A stretch of DNA of 64,000 bases from Candidatus Multivoradales bacterium (GTDB lineage: Bacteria > Acidobacteriota > Thermoanaerobaculia > Multivoradales > JAHEKO01): contig CBDFIJ010000004.1 in NCBI GenBank assembly GCA_965248055.1, positions 224,001 to 288,000 on the forward strand, read 5' to 3'. The notes below the pieces were generated by a model. The model was not told the DNA's origin. It did not search any database and was given only the letters and a program-made list of their open reading frames with translations. Both the position numbers and the translations under genes were made by a program. Below, in pieces: positions 47,982-57,614 of this stretch (the first letter of the stretch is position 1; each line of letters opens with the position of its first letter).

Positions 47982-49225
47982 TGTGCAGTATCTCCCTGGG
48001 CAGTTCCTTGGGCAGTAGCTCCCCGGGCACTGGTTTCTTGGGCACAATCTCCCTGTGGCCTCTCTGCCTGCTGCATTACTTCCACCTGACTCGCCTCTGC
48101 AACTCTCTCTAACCAAACAGCAGCCGCTTCTTGGGGGCGAAAATAGCGCATCCAGCGTAGATATCCGGCCCGGCCACGCCGGAGAGTTTCCTCCTGATCG
48201 ACGCTCACCGCCTCGATCGCGCTCGCCAACGCGGTTGCGTCCTCCGCAGGCACCAGCCAGCCCGTTTCTCCATCGATCACCACTTCAGGGATTCCGCTGA
48301 CTGCAGACGCCACCACCGGGCAGCTTTCACTCATCGCCTCAAGAATCACTAAAGGCATGCCTTCATAGGTCGACGGCACCAACAATGCGCTGGTTCGATT
48401 CAACAAGGTCAACACTTGACCGGCGGTACAGCGGCCCAGAAATCGCACATGCTCTTGCAGTCTTAGCCTTTCAGCCGCGGCTTCCAGGCCAGGGCGATGC
48501 TCGCCGTCCCCCGCCAGCCACAGTCGTGGCCGATTCTCTGTAGGCATCGACGCCAGGGCGGCCAGGGCCACCTCGATCCCCTTACGCACCCTCATGCGAC
48601 CGACGATCAGCAGCCCTTGCTCATGATCAGGAATCGCCACCGGTTCAGGCTGCGCTTTGCGCTCGATCATCGCGTTGGGCAAAACGGCGCCCTCGGTGAC
48701 CCCATAATCTTCTTCCAACTCACGCAAGGTCTGGCGACTGGGCGCCAAGACTTGATCAACACTGCGCGCGCTCAGCAAACCGAGAAGAATGTGCCACGGG
48801 GCCCGGGTCCATTTGAAGATCTTTTCTGACCGACTGGGTTCGACTTGTGCTGCGGTCGGCAGGTTTAACCGCCGAACCGCTCGAAACTCACGCCGATAGC
48901 TGACCTGAAACAGCGCCACCAATCGGGGCCGAACCTCAAGCAAATCACGAACCACTGCCAAGAAAAAAACCACCAATCCACCGTCCGACTCATGGGTCTG
49001 CACCACCTCCGGTCGAAACCGGTGTACTTCTCGCAGTGCTCGGGACACCACGGTCAGCGGAAACAGTGCCTTAATCGACCCCAACCCGGACTCCGCGCGT
49101 CCCAAGATCCGCACTTCGCAGCCCCTCTCGCGCAAGCCGTCAGCAAGCTGAACCACCTGTTCACCCACTCCTGAAACATCGGTCGGCGGCAGGGTATTGG
49201 CAATCAGTAAGACTCGAAGGGACAC
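47978..49225 (-). CDS. Glycosyltransferase family 4
   Basis: LRVLLIAN, VGRMRVRKG and EGMPLVILEAM motifs. Confidence 0.9.
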   Translation of the reverse strand: MSLRVLLIANTLPPTDVSGVGEQVVQLADGLRERGCEVRILGRAESGLGSIKALFPLTVVSRALREVHRFRPEVVQTHESDGGLVVFFLAVVRDLLEVRPRLVALFQVSYRREFRAVRRLNLPTAAQVEPSRSEKIFKWTRAPWHILLGLLSARSVDQVLAPSRQTLRELEEDYGVTEGAVLPNAMIERKAQPEPVAIPDHEQGLLIVGRMRVRKGIEVALAALASMPTENRPRLWLAGDGEHRPGLEAAAERLRLQEHVRFLGRCTAGQVLTLLNRTSALLVPSTYEGMPLVILEAMSESCPVVASAVSGIPEVVIDGETGWLVPAEDATALASAIEAVSVDQEETLRRGRAGYLRWMRYFRPQEAAAVWLERVAEASQVEVMQQAERPQGDCAQETSARGATAQGTAQGDTAQ

Positions 49226-49369
49226 AGGGTGGGGAGCTCCAATAGAAACTAGATCAAGGCCGCACAGATCCGAGACTGATGGTACTGCACTCTGGTGACT
49301 GATTGGCCCTCAGATGCAATAGAGAGAATAAACGATTTTCATGGGTATCCGGCCAAATGGACGCAAGGT

Positions 49370-51373
49370 TCAGGACCCACCGCCTTCAGCCACTATGTGC
49401 CTCGCTTCCTCCCGAGCGGCCTCCAATAGATCTAAATCGGTGACCAGCGACGCAGCCCGCAGGTTGGCGATCCCAGCCTGACGCGAGCCCAACAGTTCAC
49501 CCGGACCACGCAGGCGCAGATCAGCGTCGGCAATGGCGAAACCATCGCTGGTCGAGGCAAACACTTCCAGCCTCTCTGCCGCCGATCCGCTATGACTTCG
49601 TTGCACAGCCAAACACAAACCTCCGCGATCCCCTCGGCCAACCCGACCCCGCAGTTGATGCAGTTGCGACAGCCCAAAGCGATCAGCGCCATCGATCACC
49701 AGAAGACCCGCCTGCGGAATGTCGACCCCGACTTCGATCACCGTGGTGGTGAGCAACACCGGCGTTTCACCCGAGGCAAATCGGGCGAGAATGATTTCTC
49801 GCTCAGCAGCCGGCGTCTTGCCACTCAACAGAGCGCAGGCAATCGGTTGCAGCCTTTGCAACCAACGAATCCCATGTTCCTCCAGGGAAGAAACGCCGCG
49901 CTCTTGGTCGGTGCTGATTGCTGGAAACACGACAAAGACCCGTCCGCCACACTCGATCTCCCGGTGTACCGCGTCGACTACCGGTTGCGCATCCGATGCC
50001 GGCACGATTTCCGTCACCACCGGAAGACGCCCCTTGGGCAACTCGTCAATCACCGACAAGTCCAGATCTCCATAGAGAGCCAAGGTCAGCGATCTGGGAA
50101 TCGGGGTCGCGGTCATCACCAGCAAATCAACATTCTCGCCCTTGTCAGCCAAGGCGCGCCGTTGGTCAACGCCAAATCGGTGCTGCTCGTCGACAATCAC
50201 TAAACCCAGCCGAGCGAACTCGGTCGATTCCTGAATCAAAGCATGGGTACCGATCGCCACACCGCTTTGCCCCGATTCCAAGCGCGCCCGCGCCCCCGCA
50301 AGATCACTACTCGAGGTCAGCAATTCAACCCCAATATGGGGCGGCATCCATTTCTCGATAGTGCTCCAGTGTTGCTCAGCCAGGATCTCGGTGGGCACCA
50401 TGAAAGCAGCTTGCAAGCCACTCTCGATCGCCGCCAAGATCGCCCCCAGGGCAACTACGGTTTTGCCACAACCGACATCTCCCTGCACCAGCCTCGACAT
50501 CGGCTTGCTGCTACCCAGGTCGGTCCAGATTTCTTTCAACACTTGGCGTTGGCTGCCGGTCAGCGAAAACGGCAGCATCTTTTCGAGCAACTCGGGCACC
50601 CGGGCAATCCCCTCGTAAGCCCGTGGCTTGATCACCGCCGCGCGAGCGCCGCGCTTACGCTGCAACGCTATCTGCAACTCCAGCAACTCGCCGAACGCCA
50701 ACCGTCGACTTGGCGGTGCTCCGCGTTCGGTGAGCGCCAGCGATCCGGTGCGGGTACCCGGTTGATGGATCGCAGCCAAAGCCGGGCCCAAAGCCGCCAA
50801 CCGATAGCGATCCAGCAAGCTCGGGTCAAGGGTCTCCTTCACCTGATCAAAGTCAACCTGCTCCAGCAGTTTGCGAACCAGGGTGCGCACTCGACTCTGT
50901 CCCAGATCGCCAAGAGACGGATACACCGGCACAATGCGCCGCGGATCGTCTCCTTCTAGGATCGGCTCCAGCGTCGGATTGGTGAGTTGCAGGCTTTGCT
51001 CATAGGCCCGCACCTCCCCGTGCAAGACGTAGGTCTTGTCTGGATCGACCTGACGGCTGAGATAGGGACGGTTGAACCACACCGCTTGGATCGACCCGCT
51101 GGAGTCGTGTACCACTGCGGTGGAAGGTGCATTGCGTCGCCCGCGCCATCCCGAGCTGACCGACCGCACTTGGCCCACCAAAGTGCGCGGTCCCACGGCA
51201 TCGATGTCCTGGATCGATGAAATCTGTCGACGATCTTGGTAGCGAATCGGGCGATGCCACAACAGGTCTTCGACGGTAACCACACCGCGCTCAGCAAGGC
51301 GCTCACAAGTAACCGGGCCAAATCCCTTGTACTCAGCGAGCGGCTGAGCGAGCAGATCGAGATCTGGGCTCAT
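49370..51373 (-). CDS. recG: ATP-dependent DNA helicase RecG
   Basis: QGDVGCGKT, DEQHRFGV, MTATPIPR, QLHQLRGRVGRG and RGPGE motifs. Confidence 0.96.
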   Translation of the reverse strand: MSPDLDLLAQPLAEYKGFGPVTCERLAERGVVTVEDLLWHRPIRYQDRRQISSIQDIDAVGPRTLVGQVRSVSSGWRGRRNAPSTAVVHDSSGSIQAVWFNRPYLSRQVDPDKTYVLHGEVRAYEQSLQLTNPTLEPILEGDDPRRIVPVYPSLGDLGQSRVRTLVRKLLEQVDFDQVKETLDPSLLDRYRLAALGPALAAIHQPGTRTGSLALTERGAPPSRRLAFGELLELQIALQRKRGARAAVIKPRAYEGIARVPELLEKMLPFSLTGSQRQVLKEIWTDLGSSKPMSRLVQGDVGCGKTVVALGAILAAIESGLQAAFMVPTEILAEQHWSTIEKWMPPHIGVELLTSSSDLAGARARLESGQSGVAIGTHALIQESTEFARLGLVIVDEQHRFGVDQRRALADKGENVDLLVMTATPIPRSLTLALYGDLDLSVIDELPKGRLPVVTEIVPASDAQPVVDAVHREIECGGRVFVVFPAISTDQERGVSSLEEHGIRWLQRLQPIACALLSGKTPAAEREIILARFASGETPVLLTTTVIEVGVDIPQAGLLVIDGADRFGLSQLHQLRGRVGRGDRGGLCLAVQRSHSGSAAERLEVFASTSDGFAIADADLRLRGPGELLGSRQAGIANLRAASLVTDLDLLEAAREEARHIVAEGGGS

Positions 51374-51724
51374 CTAACGCTGTTCAACAACCAGTTCAAA
51401 CTCAAGCGAGGCCAAACGAATGCAATCTTTGGGTTGCAACGGGTAGCGAGTCCCTCGGCGAAGCTGTCGTTCGTTGAGAAAGGTGCCATTGAGAGTCCCC
51501 TTCTCCTCCACCAGAATCCAACCATCGTCAGTATTCTCGATCACCGCATGCCAGCGACTAATGCTGCGTTCCGGATCCAGCGAGTTGAGATCGAGGTCGG
51601 GCTGTCTCGCCGCTTGGGGATCCCTGCGGCCAATTTCACAACGCCCACGGGTCGCAACATCGAACTCCAGGCCGCTTTCGATATGCCGTAGCGCTGCCCG
51701 CAGTACCGGGCGATTGCTGCTCAA
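51374..51724 (-). CDS. Stand-alone FHA-domain protein
   Basis: IGR, ISRWHA and NGTFLN FHA motifs. Confidence 0.88.
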   Translation of the reverse strand: MSSNRPVLRAALRHIESGLEFDVATRGRCEIGRRDPQAARQPDLDLNSLDPERSISRWHAVIENTDDGWILVEEKGTLNGTFLNERQLRRGTRYPLQPKDCIRLASLEFELVVEQR

Positions 51725-52650
51725 GAGGGTTCTCCCACAGCGCCACCGAAGATCGTCAATCCATCCTGGGTCAGCCGTGCTGAGGAGCCCAGAGGAAAGA
51801 CGTAGTTGGGTCGCGTGTGACCCAGCGGCAGGCCGATCACCGCCGGCAGGCCGGTTTCTTCGAGCACCTCCAACCAGGTCAAGTCGTCTTTTTCAACGCA
51901 ACCCACGGCGACCCCTTGCACCGAGTCCAAAGCGCCACACTGGGCCAGCTGAGTCAGCATGCGATCCAAACGGTAATGCGGTTCTTCGACATCTTCGAGA
52001 AAGAGAATATCGGAGAGTACCGGGGAATAGTCGGTACCCACCGAGGAAGCCAACATCGACAGACAGCCTCCGCGCACCACTCCGTCCAGCGAGAAGGTAC
52101 CGGTTGAGCAACGGCCCGGAATCATTTCCAGTGGTTCTCCGGCCAACGCCGCCAACAGTGCCTTTCGTTCGTCTGGGTCCAAACCGTCGGCCAGTTCGGG
52201 AGCGATCATCGGACCATGCAAAGTCGCCCAGCCCAAACGGCGTTCAATCTCCAGCAACAACGGAGTGAGATCCGAATACCCCAGGTACACCCGAGGTACC
52301 TTGGCCAACAAATCCCAATCGAGACGCGGGAACAAGCGGGTGACACCATAACCACCCCTGGCAAACCAAATCGCGGTCAGTGACGGATCCCGCAGCAATG
52401 CTTCGAAAGCCTCCAGGCGTTGATCATCAGAACCCGCCAGTGGCCCTTTGCGGGTGGCCAAATTGCTACCCAGTACCGGTTCAAACCCCAGCTCGCGCAC
52501 CGTTTTGACCCCTCGCTGCAAGCGCTCAGGATCAACAGCTCCCGAAAGCGCGGCAATACCAACTCGATCACCGGGCCTGACCGAGCGCGGGATCCTTGTG
52601 CTAGCGCCGCCCTTAGCCATGGGCGGACGAGTTGCTGTCAAACGAGTCAT
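51721..52650 (-). CDS. ldcA: LD-carboxypeptidase (peptidase S66)
   Basis: RGGYG, GYSD, LEDVEE and GH catalytic motifs. Confidence 0.9.
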   Translation of the reverse strand: MTRLTATRPPMAKGGASTRIPRSVRPGDRVGIAALSGAVDPERLQRGVKTVRELGFEPVLGSNLATRKGPLAGSDDQRLEAFEALLRDPSLTAIWFARGGYGVTRLFPRLDWDLLAKVPRVYLGYSDLTPLLLEIERRLGWATLHGPMIAPELADGLDPDERKALLAALAGEPLEMIPGRCSTGTFSLDGVVRGGCLSMLASSVGTDYSPVLSDILFLEDVEEPHYRLDRMLTQLAQCGALDSVQGVAVGCVEKDDLTWLEVLEETGLPAVIGLPLGHTRPNYVFPLGSSARLTQDGLTIFGGAVGEPS

Positions 52651-52715
52651 GGTTCAAAAGTACTGCTCCGTGCGCAGTCCATCAAGTTCGAATCATTGAA
52701 AAACACAGTTCAAAA

Positions 52716-53109
<394 letters not shown>

Positions 53110-53127
53110 AGGGATATTTTAGCTCAT

Positions 53128-53155
53128 GGGGACACAATACTTTGATTGTGTCCCC
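53128..53155. repeat. GGGGACACAAT-N6-ATTGTGTCCCC hairpin
   Basis: Perfect 11-bp stem between the uvrC stop and the rnpB promoter. Confidence 0.85.
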
Positions 53156-55006
53156 TCATTTCTTCTCCACCCGTTCTTCAATCGATAGCGCCTGAATACG
53201 ACGATGGACTTCTTTACCCAGCCGCACACCCAAGATCTCCTGCACCTCCTCCAAGGACGCTTGGCGGATACCGACCACGGAACCGAAGTGGCTCAGCAAT
53301 GCCCGCTTGCGTTTGGGACCGACGCCACGGATACCGTCCAAAGCAGAACGAATCGAGCGTCGACTGCGTTGACGGCGATGGTGACTGACGGCAAACCGGT
53401 GGGCTTCATCGCGAATTCGCTGTAGAAGCTGAAGCGCTGGGTCACTGTGTTCCAGCCGCAGCGGTTCGGGTAGGTGCGGAAGGTAGATTTCTTCCTCCCG
53501 TTTAGCGAGTCCGACGATCGGCGTTTCTTCGACCCCCAAGATGGCCAAAACTGAGAGGGCAGCGTTGAGTTGACCTCGGCCACCGTCGACCAAAATCAGA
53601 TCCGGCATCTCGCCGACCTCGTCCAAACGCCTTTGATAACGGCGCTCGACCACCTCTGCCATCGAGGCAAAGTCGTCGGAGGTGCCGTCCAGGCTCTTGA
53701 TGTTGAAGCTGCGGTACTCGGAGTTACGCATCGTTCCGCCTTCCCAAACCACCAAGGAGCCAACCGGCTCGCCGCCCTGAAAGTTGGAGATATCGAACCC
53801 CTCAATCCGGCGGGGTGCTTCTGGTAGCTCCAGGATCTTGCCCAGCTTCTCCGCCGCCCGAGCATGAGGGTTGTGGCGAAATCGACGCTGAAAAGCCAAC
53901 CGCGCGTTGCGCACCGCCAGTTCCATCCTTTGTACCTTGGGGCCTCGCTGCGGGTAGCGCAAATAGACCCGTTCACCCTTCTTTTCGGCCAACCATTGCT
54001 CTAAAGCCGCCTCCCCCTCGATCGGCGAGGGCAGATGGATCTCTTTGGGAATGAAGGTAGTGGCGGCGTAGACCTGGGGCAGCAGTTCGTCCAACAACCG
54101 GTCCGCGTGCTCTGGGGCGTCGCCCTCGAAAAAGATTTCACGACGATCCAACACCTGACCATCACGCATCACCAAAATCGCGACCGCGGCATTGCCGCCT
54201 GCGATGTGGACTCCGAACACGTCGACATCGTCGCCACGGGTTGAGGCCAGTTTCTGCCGAGCGCCAAGTTCTTGGACCTCGTGCAGGGTATCCCGATGGC
54301 GCGCCGCATCTTCATAGCGCAAGTCGTTGGCTGCGGTGTTCATACTCTGCTTGAGGTCGCGCACCAGTTTCGGCGCGCGACCGGTTAGCAAGGCGGTGGT
54401 TCGATCCACCGATTCCGAGTACTCCTCCTCATTGGTCAATCCGTCGACGCAGGGGCCTAGGCATCGCTTCATGTCGTAGTAGAGACAGGGGCGCGGCAAC
54501 TTGCCGTCAATCTCAATGCTGCACACCCGAATACCAAACATCCGCTGCACCATCTTGATACCGCGGCGGGCAAACCCTCCCGGCAGGTAGGGGCCAAAGT
54601 ACTGCGCCCCATCGTCCTTTACCCGGCGGGTAAAGGCGATCTGGGGATACTGATCGTTGGTCAGTTTGAGGTATGGATAGGTCTTGTCATCGCGCAGTAA
54701 GACATTAAACGGCGGGCGCCGAGTCTTGATCCAGGTTGCCTCCAGCAACAGCGCTTCCTGATCGGTGTCGGTGGTGACGAACTCCAAGCTTTCCGACTCC
54801 TGCACCATCGACTGCAACCGTTGCTCCAGGTCTGCGCGCAGGTACGAAGCCGCCCGCTTGCGCAGTGACCGGGCTTTGCCGACGTAGAGCGCCCGTCCCT
54901 CTTGACCGCGAAAGATATAGATACCGGGCCGGTCCGGGAGCCCGCGAATCGTCTCGATCACCAGCGCACTGGCTGTCGAGGAACCGGCCGACGACGCAGG
55001 GGACAT
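53156..55006 (-). CDS. uvrC: Excinuclease ABC subunit C
   Basis: PGIY…YVGKA GIY-YIG domain, FDIS, VDGGRGQ and RDEAHRFA motifs, plus HhH. Confidence 0.96.
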   Translation of the reverse strand: MSPASSAGSSTASALVIETIRGLPDRPGIYIFRGQEGRALYVGKARSLRKRAASYLRADLEQRLQSMVQESESLEFVTTDTDQEALLLEATWIKTRRPPFNVLLRDDKTYPYLKLTNDQYPQIAFTRRVKDDGAQYFGPYLPGGFARRGIKMVQRMFGIRVCSIEIDGKLPRPCLYYDMKRCLGPCVDGLTNEEEYSESVDRTTALLTGRAPKLVRDLKQSMNTAANDLRYEDAARHRDTLHEVQELGARQKLASTRGDDVDVFGVHIAGGNAAVAILVMRDGQVLDRREIFFEGDAPEHADRLLDELLPQVYAATTFIPKEIHLPSPIEGEAALEQWLAEKKGERVYLRYPQRGPKVQRMELAVRNARLAFQRRFRHNPHARAAEKLGKILELPEAPRRIEGFDISNFQGGEPVGSLVVWEGGTMRNSEYRSFNIKSLDGTSDDFASMAEVVERRYQRRLDEVGEMPDLILVDGGRGQLNAALSVLAILGVEETPIVGLAKREEEIYLPHLPEPLRLEHSDPALQLLQRIRDEAHRFAVSHHRRQRSRRSIRSALDGIRGVGPKRKRALLSHFGSVVGIRQASLEEVQEILGVRLGKEVHRRIQALSIEERVEKK

Positions 55007-55009
55007 CAG

Positions 55010-57001
55010 TTATGCGCTGAAGATCTGCAACTGTTTGAGTTCCTGGATACGATTGCGTAACTCAGCCGCCTCTTCAAATTCGAGTTTTTTGGCCGACGCG
55101 CGCATCGCCTTGTCCAGTCGCTTGATCTGCTGATCCAGCGGCTCATCGGTCAGCTCGCCGATCTCACTCAAGCGGCCAGGAGCCGGCGCGTAAAGGTCTA
55201 GATTTCCCATCTGCACCAACGGATTGTGTACGTCCTTGATGATCGAGGCTGGTTCGATGTTGTTTTCCTGGTTGTACTGATGTTGCCTAGTACGACGACG
55301 CTTGGTCTCGTCGATCGCGATCTGCATTGACTTGGTCATTTTGTCGGCGTAGAAAATCACCCGGCCCTCGAGGTTGCGAGCCGCGCGACCTGCTGTTTGA
55401 ATCAGCGATGTTTGGGAACGCAGAAAACCTTCTCGGTCGGCATCCAGCACCGCTACCAGGGCAACTTCGGGAAGATCCAATCCCTCGCGCAATAGATTGA
55501 TCCCGACCAGCACGTCGAACTCTCCACGCCGTAAGTCGGTGAGAATTTGCACCCTCTCCAGAGTGTCGATGTCACTGTGCAGGTAGCGCACCCGAACACC
55601 CAGCTCATTGAGATAGCGGGTTAGCTCCTCGGACATGCGCTTGGTCAACGTGGTCACCAAAACTCGAAATCCAGCCTCCACGGTGGCGTGGATTTCGCCC
55701 AGCAAGTCGTCGATCTGATGTTTTGCCGGTCTGATCTCGATCTCTGGGTCAAGCAGACCGGTGGGCCTGATCACTTGCTCGACCACCACGCCCCCGGCGC
55801 GTTCCAATTCCCACGGCGCGGGAGTAGCAGAAACGTAGAGACGGTCCCCCACCTTGCGGTCAAATTCGTCAAAGGTCAGCGGCCGATTGTCCAACGCGCT
55901 GGGCAAACGAAAGCCATAATTCACCAGAGTGGTCTTGCGTGATTGATCGCCGAAGTACATGCCGCGCACCTGGGGAATGGTCTGGTGACTCTCATCGGCG
56001 ATCAGCAAGAAGTCCTTCGGCAAGTAGTCGAGCAAGGTCGGGGGCGGCTCACCGGCGATTTGCCCCGAGAGATGGCGCGAGTAGTTCTCGATTCCGTGGC
56101 AGTAGCCAACTTCGCGCAACATCTCCAAGTCAAACAGCGTGCGCTGTTTCAGTCGCTGGTGCTCCAGGAGTTTCTCTTCCTCCTCCAACTTGTCCAATTC
56201 CACAGCCAATTCGGCCTTGATTCCGGCGATCGCCTTGATCAGCGTCTCGCGCGGGGTTACGTAGTGGGTGCGCGGATAAACCGAAACCTTGTCTACTTCT
56301 CGTAGTGGATCGCCCTTGAGCAGATCGAAGAAAGAAATCCGCTCGATCTCGTCACCAAAGTACTCAATGCGAATCCCCTGATCTTCGTACGCTGGAAAGA
56401 TTTCCAGGGTGTCACCACGTACCCGAAACGACCCCGGGAACAGATCCATCTGGGTGCGCTCATACTGCATCTCGGCAAGCTTTCTCAAGGCAACCGACAA
56501 ACCACTCTCCGAGCCGCGTTCAAAGAATTGCAGCATTCCAGAAAACGCCGCTGGCGACCCTAGGCCGTAGATGCAAGAAACTGAAGCGACAATCACCACA
56601 TCGCGACGCTCGAATAACACCTTGGTCGCGCGTAGTCGCAAGCGGTCAATCTCCTCGTTGATCGAGGTTTCCTTCTCGATGAAGGTGTCCGACTGGGGAA
56701 CATAGGCTTCCGGCTGGTAGTAGTCGTAGTAGGAGACGAAGTACTCCACCGCATTGTCCGGGAAGAAACTTCTAAACTCCTGATAGAGCTGCGCCGCCAA
56801 GGTCTTGTTGTGGCTGAGGATGATGGTTGGACGATTGAGTTCTTCAATCACCCGCGCCATGGTGAAGGTCTTTCCGGATCCAGTGACGCCGAGCAGCACC
56901 TGCTCGCTGGCCCCTCGCTGAAAACCTTCGACTAACTCTTGAATTGCTTGCGGCTGATCTCCCGCCGCGGAAAATGGCGAGACAAGGCGGAATCGGTCCA
57001 C
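55010..57001 (-). CDS. uvrB: Excinuclease ABC subunit B
   Basis: [22 protein letters not shown] and [10 protein letters not shown] motifs. Confidence 0.97.
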   Translation of the reverse strand: MDRFRLVSPFSAAGDQPQAIQELVEGFQRGASEQVLLGVTGSGKTFTMARVIEELNRPTIILSHNKTLAAQLYQEFRSFFPDNAVEYFVSYYDYYQPEAYVPQSDTFIEKETSINEEIDRLRLRATKVLFERRDVVIVASVSCIYGLGSPAAFSGMLQFFERGSESGLSVALRKLAEMQYERTQMDLFPGSFRVRGDTLEIFPAYEDQGIRIEYFGDEIERISFFDLLKGDPLREVDKVSVYPRTHYVTPRETLIKAIAGIKAELAVELDKLEEEEKLLEHQRLKQRTLFDLEMLREVGYCHGIENYSRHLSGQIAGEPPPTLLDYLPKDFLLIADESHQTIPQVRGMYFGDQSRKTTLVNYGFRLPSALDNRPLTFDEFDRKVGDRLYVSATPAPWELERAGGVVVEQVIRPTGLLDPEIEIRPAKHQIDDLLGEIHATVEAGFRVLVTTLTKRMSEELTRYLNELGVRVRYLHSDIDTLERVQILTDLRRGEFDVLVGINLLREGLDLPEVALVAVLDADREGFLRSQTSLIQTAGRAARNLEGRVIFYADKMTKSMQIAIDETKRRRTRQHQYNQENNIEPASIIKDVHNPLVQMGNLDLYAPAPGRLSEIGELTDEPLDQQIKRLDKAMRASAKKLEFEEAAELRNRIQELKQLQIFSA

Positions 57002-57007
57002 GGCAAA

Positions 57008-57571
57008 CTAGGCGCGAAGCGGCGCCCATCGCGCCACAGGAGAGAGCGGACCCGAGGTGTGGATCGCCACTGGGATCGCTTCGGTCACAGGAGTAGCCGG
57101 GACCGATTCCTCGACCGGGACCTCCCCAGCCAAAGTGTCGAGCGCCTTGCGCAAGCGTCGATAGTCGTCGACGCTGCGTTCTTTGGGCCCCTTGAAGATC
57201 AGCTCCAGCATGATGGTTTGAAAACCCTGCAACTGCTGAGGATCCACGTCCTCAGCCTTGATGTGCTCTCGAGCCTTGCCGAAGGCAGTGCGCAACTCTT
57301 CCAGTTCCGATTCCTCTAGGTCCTCGGGCGCGTCCGCCAAGAGTTGCTCTTCAAAACGCTCCAAACTCCAGGCAATCAGGCGGTCACTGTTGAATGCCAC
57401 GGTGGCAAAAACGGCCACCGCGACCAACAACAAAACCCCGCATCCAACTCCGACCATCCAACCGCATCCTTTACCACCCAGTTTTCCTCGAGCCGAAGGA
57501 TCAAACGGTACCGGGGTTGCTTCCGGCGGCGCTTCAGAGGGAGAAGAATCGGGTACCAGCGGCTCGTTCAT
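57008..57571 (-). CDS. Hypothetical membrane-anchored protein
   Basis: GCG…TM helix followed by an acidic helical domain, co-directional with uvrB. Confidence 0.7.
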   Translation of the reverse strand: MNEPLVPDSSPSEAPPEATPVPFDPSARGKLGGKGCGWMVGVGCGVLLLVAVAVFATVAFNSDRLIAWSLERFEEQLLADAPEDLEESELEELRTAFGKAREHIKAEDVDPQQLQGFQTIMLELIFKGPKERSVDDYRRLRKALDTLAGEVPVEESVPATPVTEAIPVAIHTSGPLSPVARWAPLRA

Positions 57572-57614
57572 AAGTGATTGCAGCTTACCATCGGCTGGAG
57601 CCTATAATCCGCGT

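Noticed and set aside
57258-57614. N-terminal extensions in the ORF track for the PBP (also greA 4398, GT2 23744, radC 12951, scpA 46268)
   Set aside because: They overlap neighbouring real genes. Downstream starts fit the family N-termini and promoter or SD signals better.
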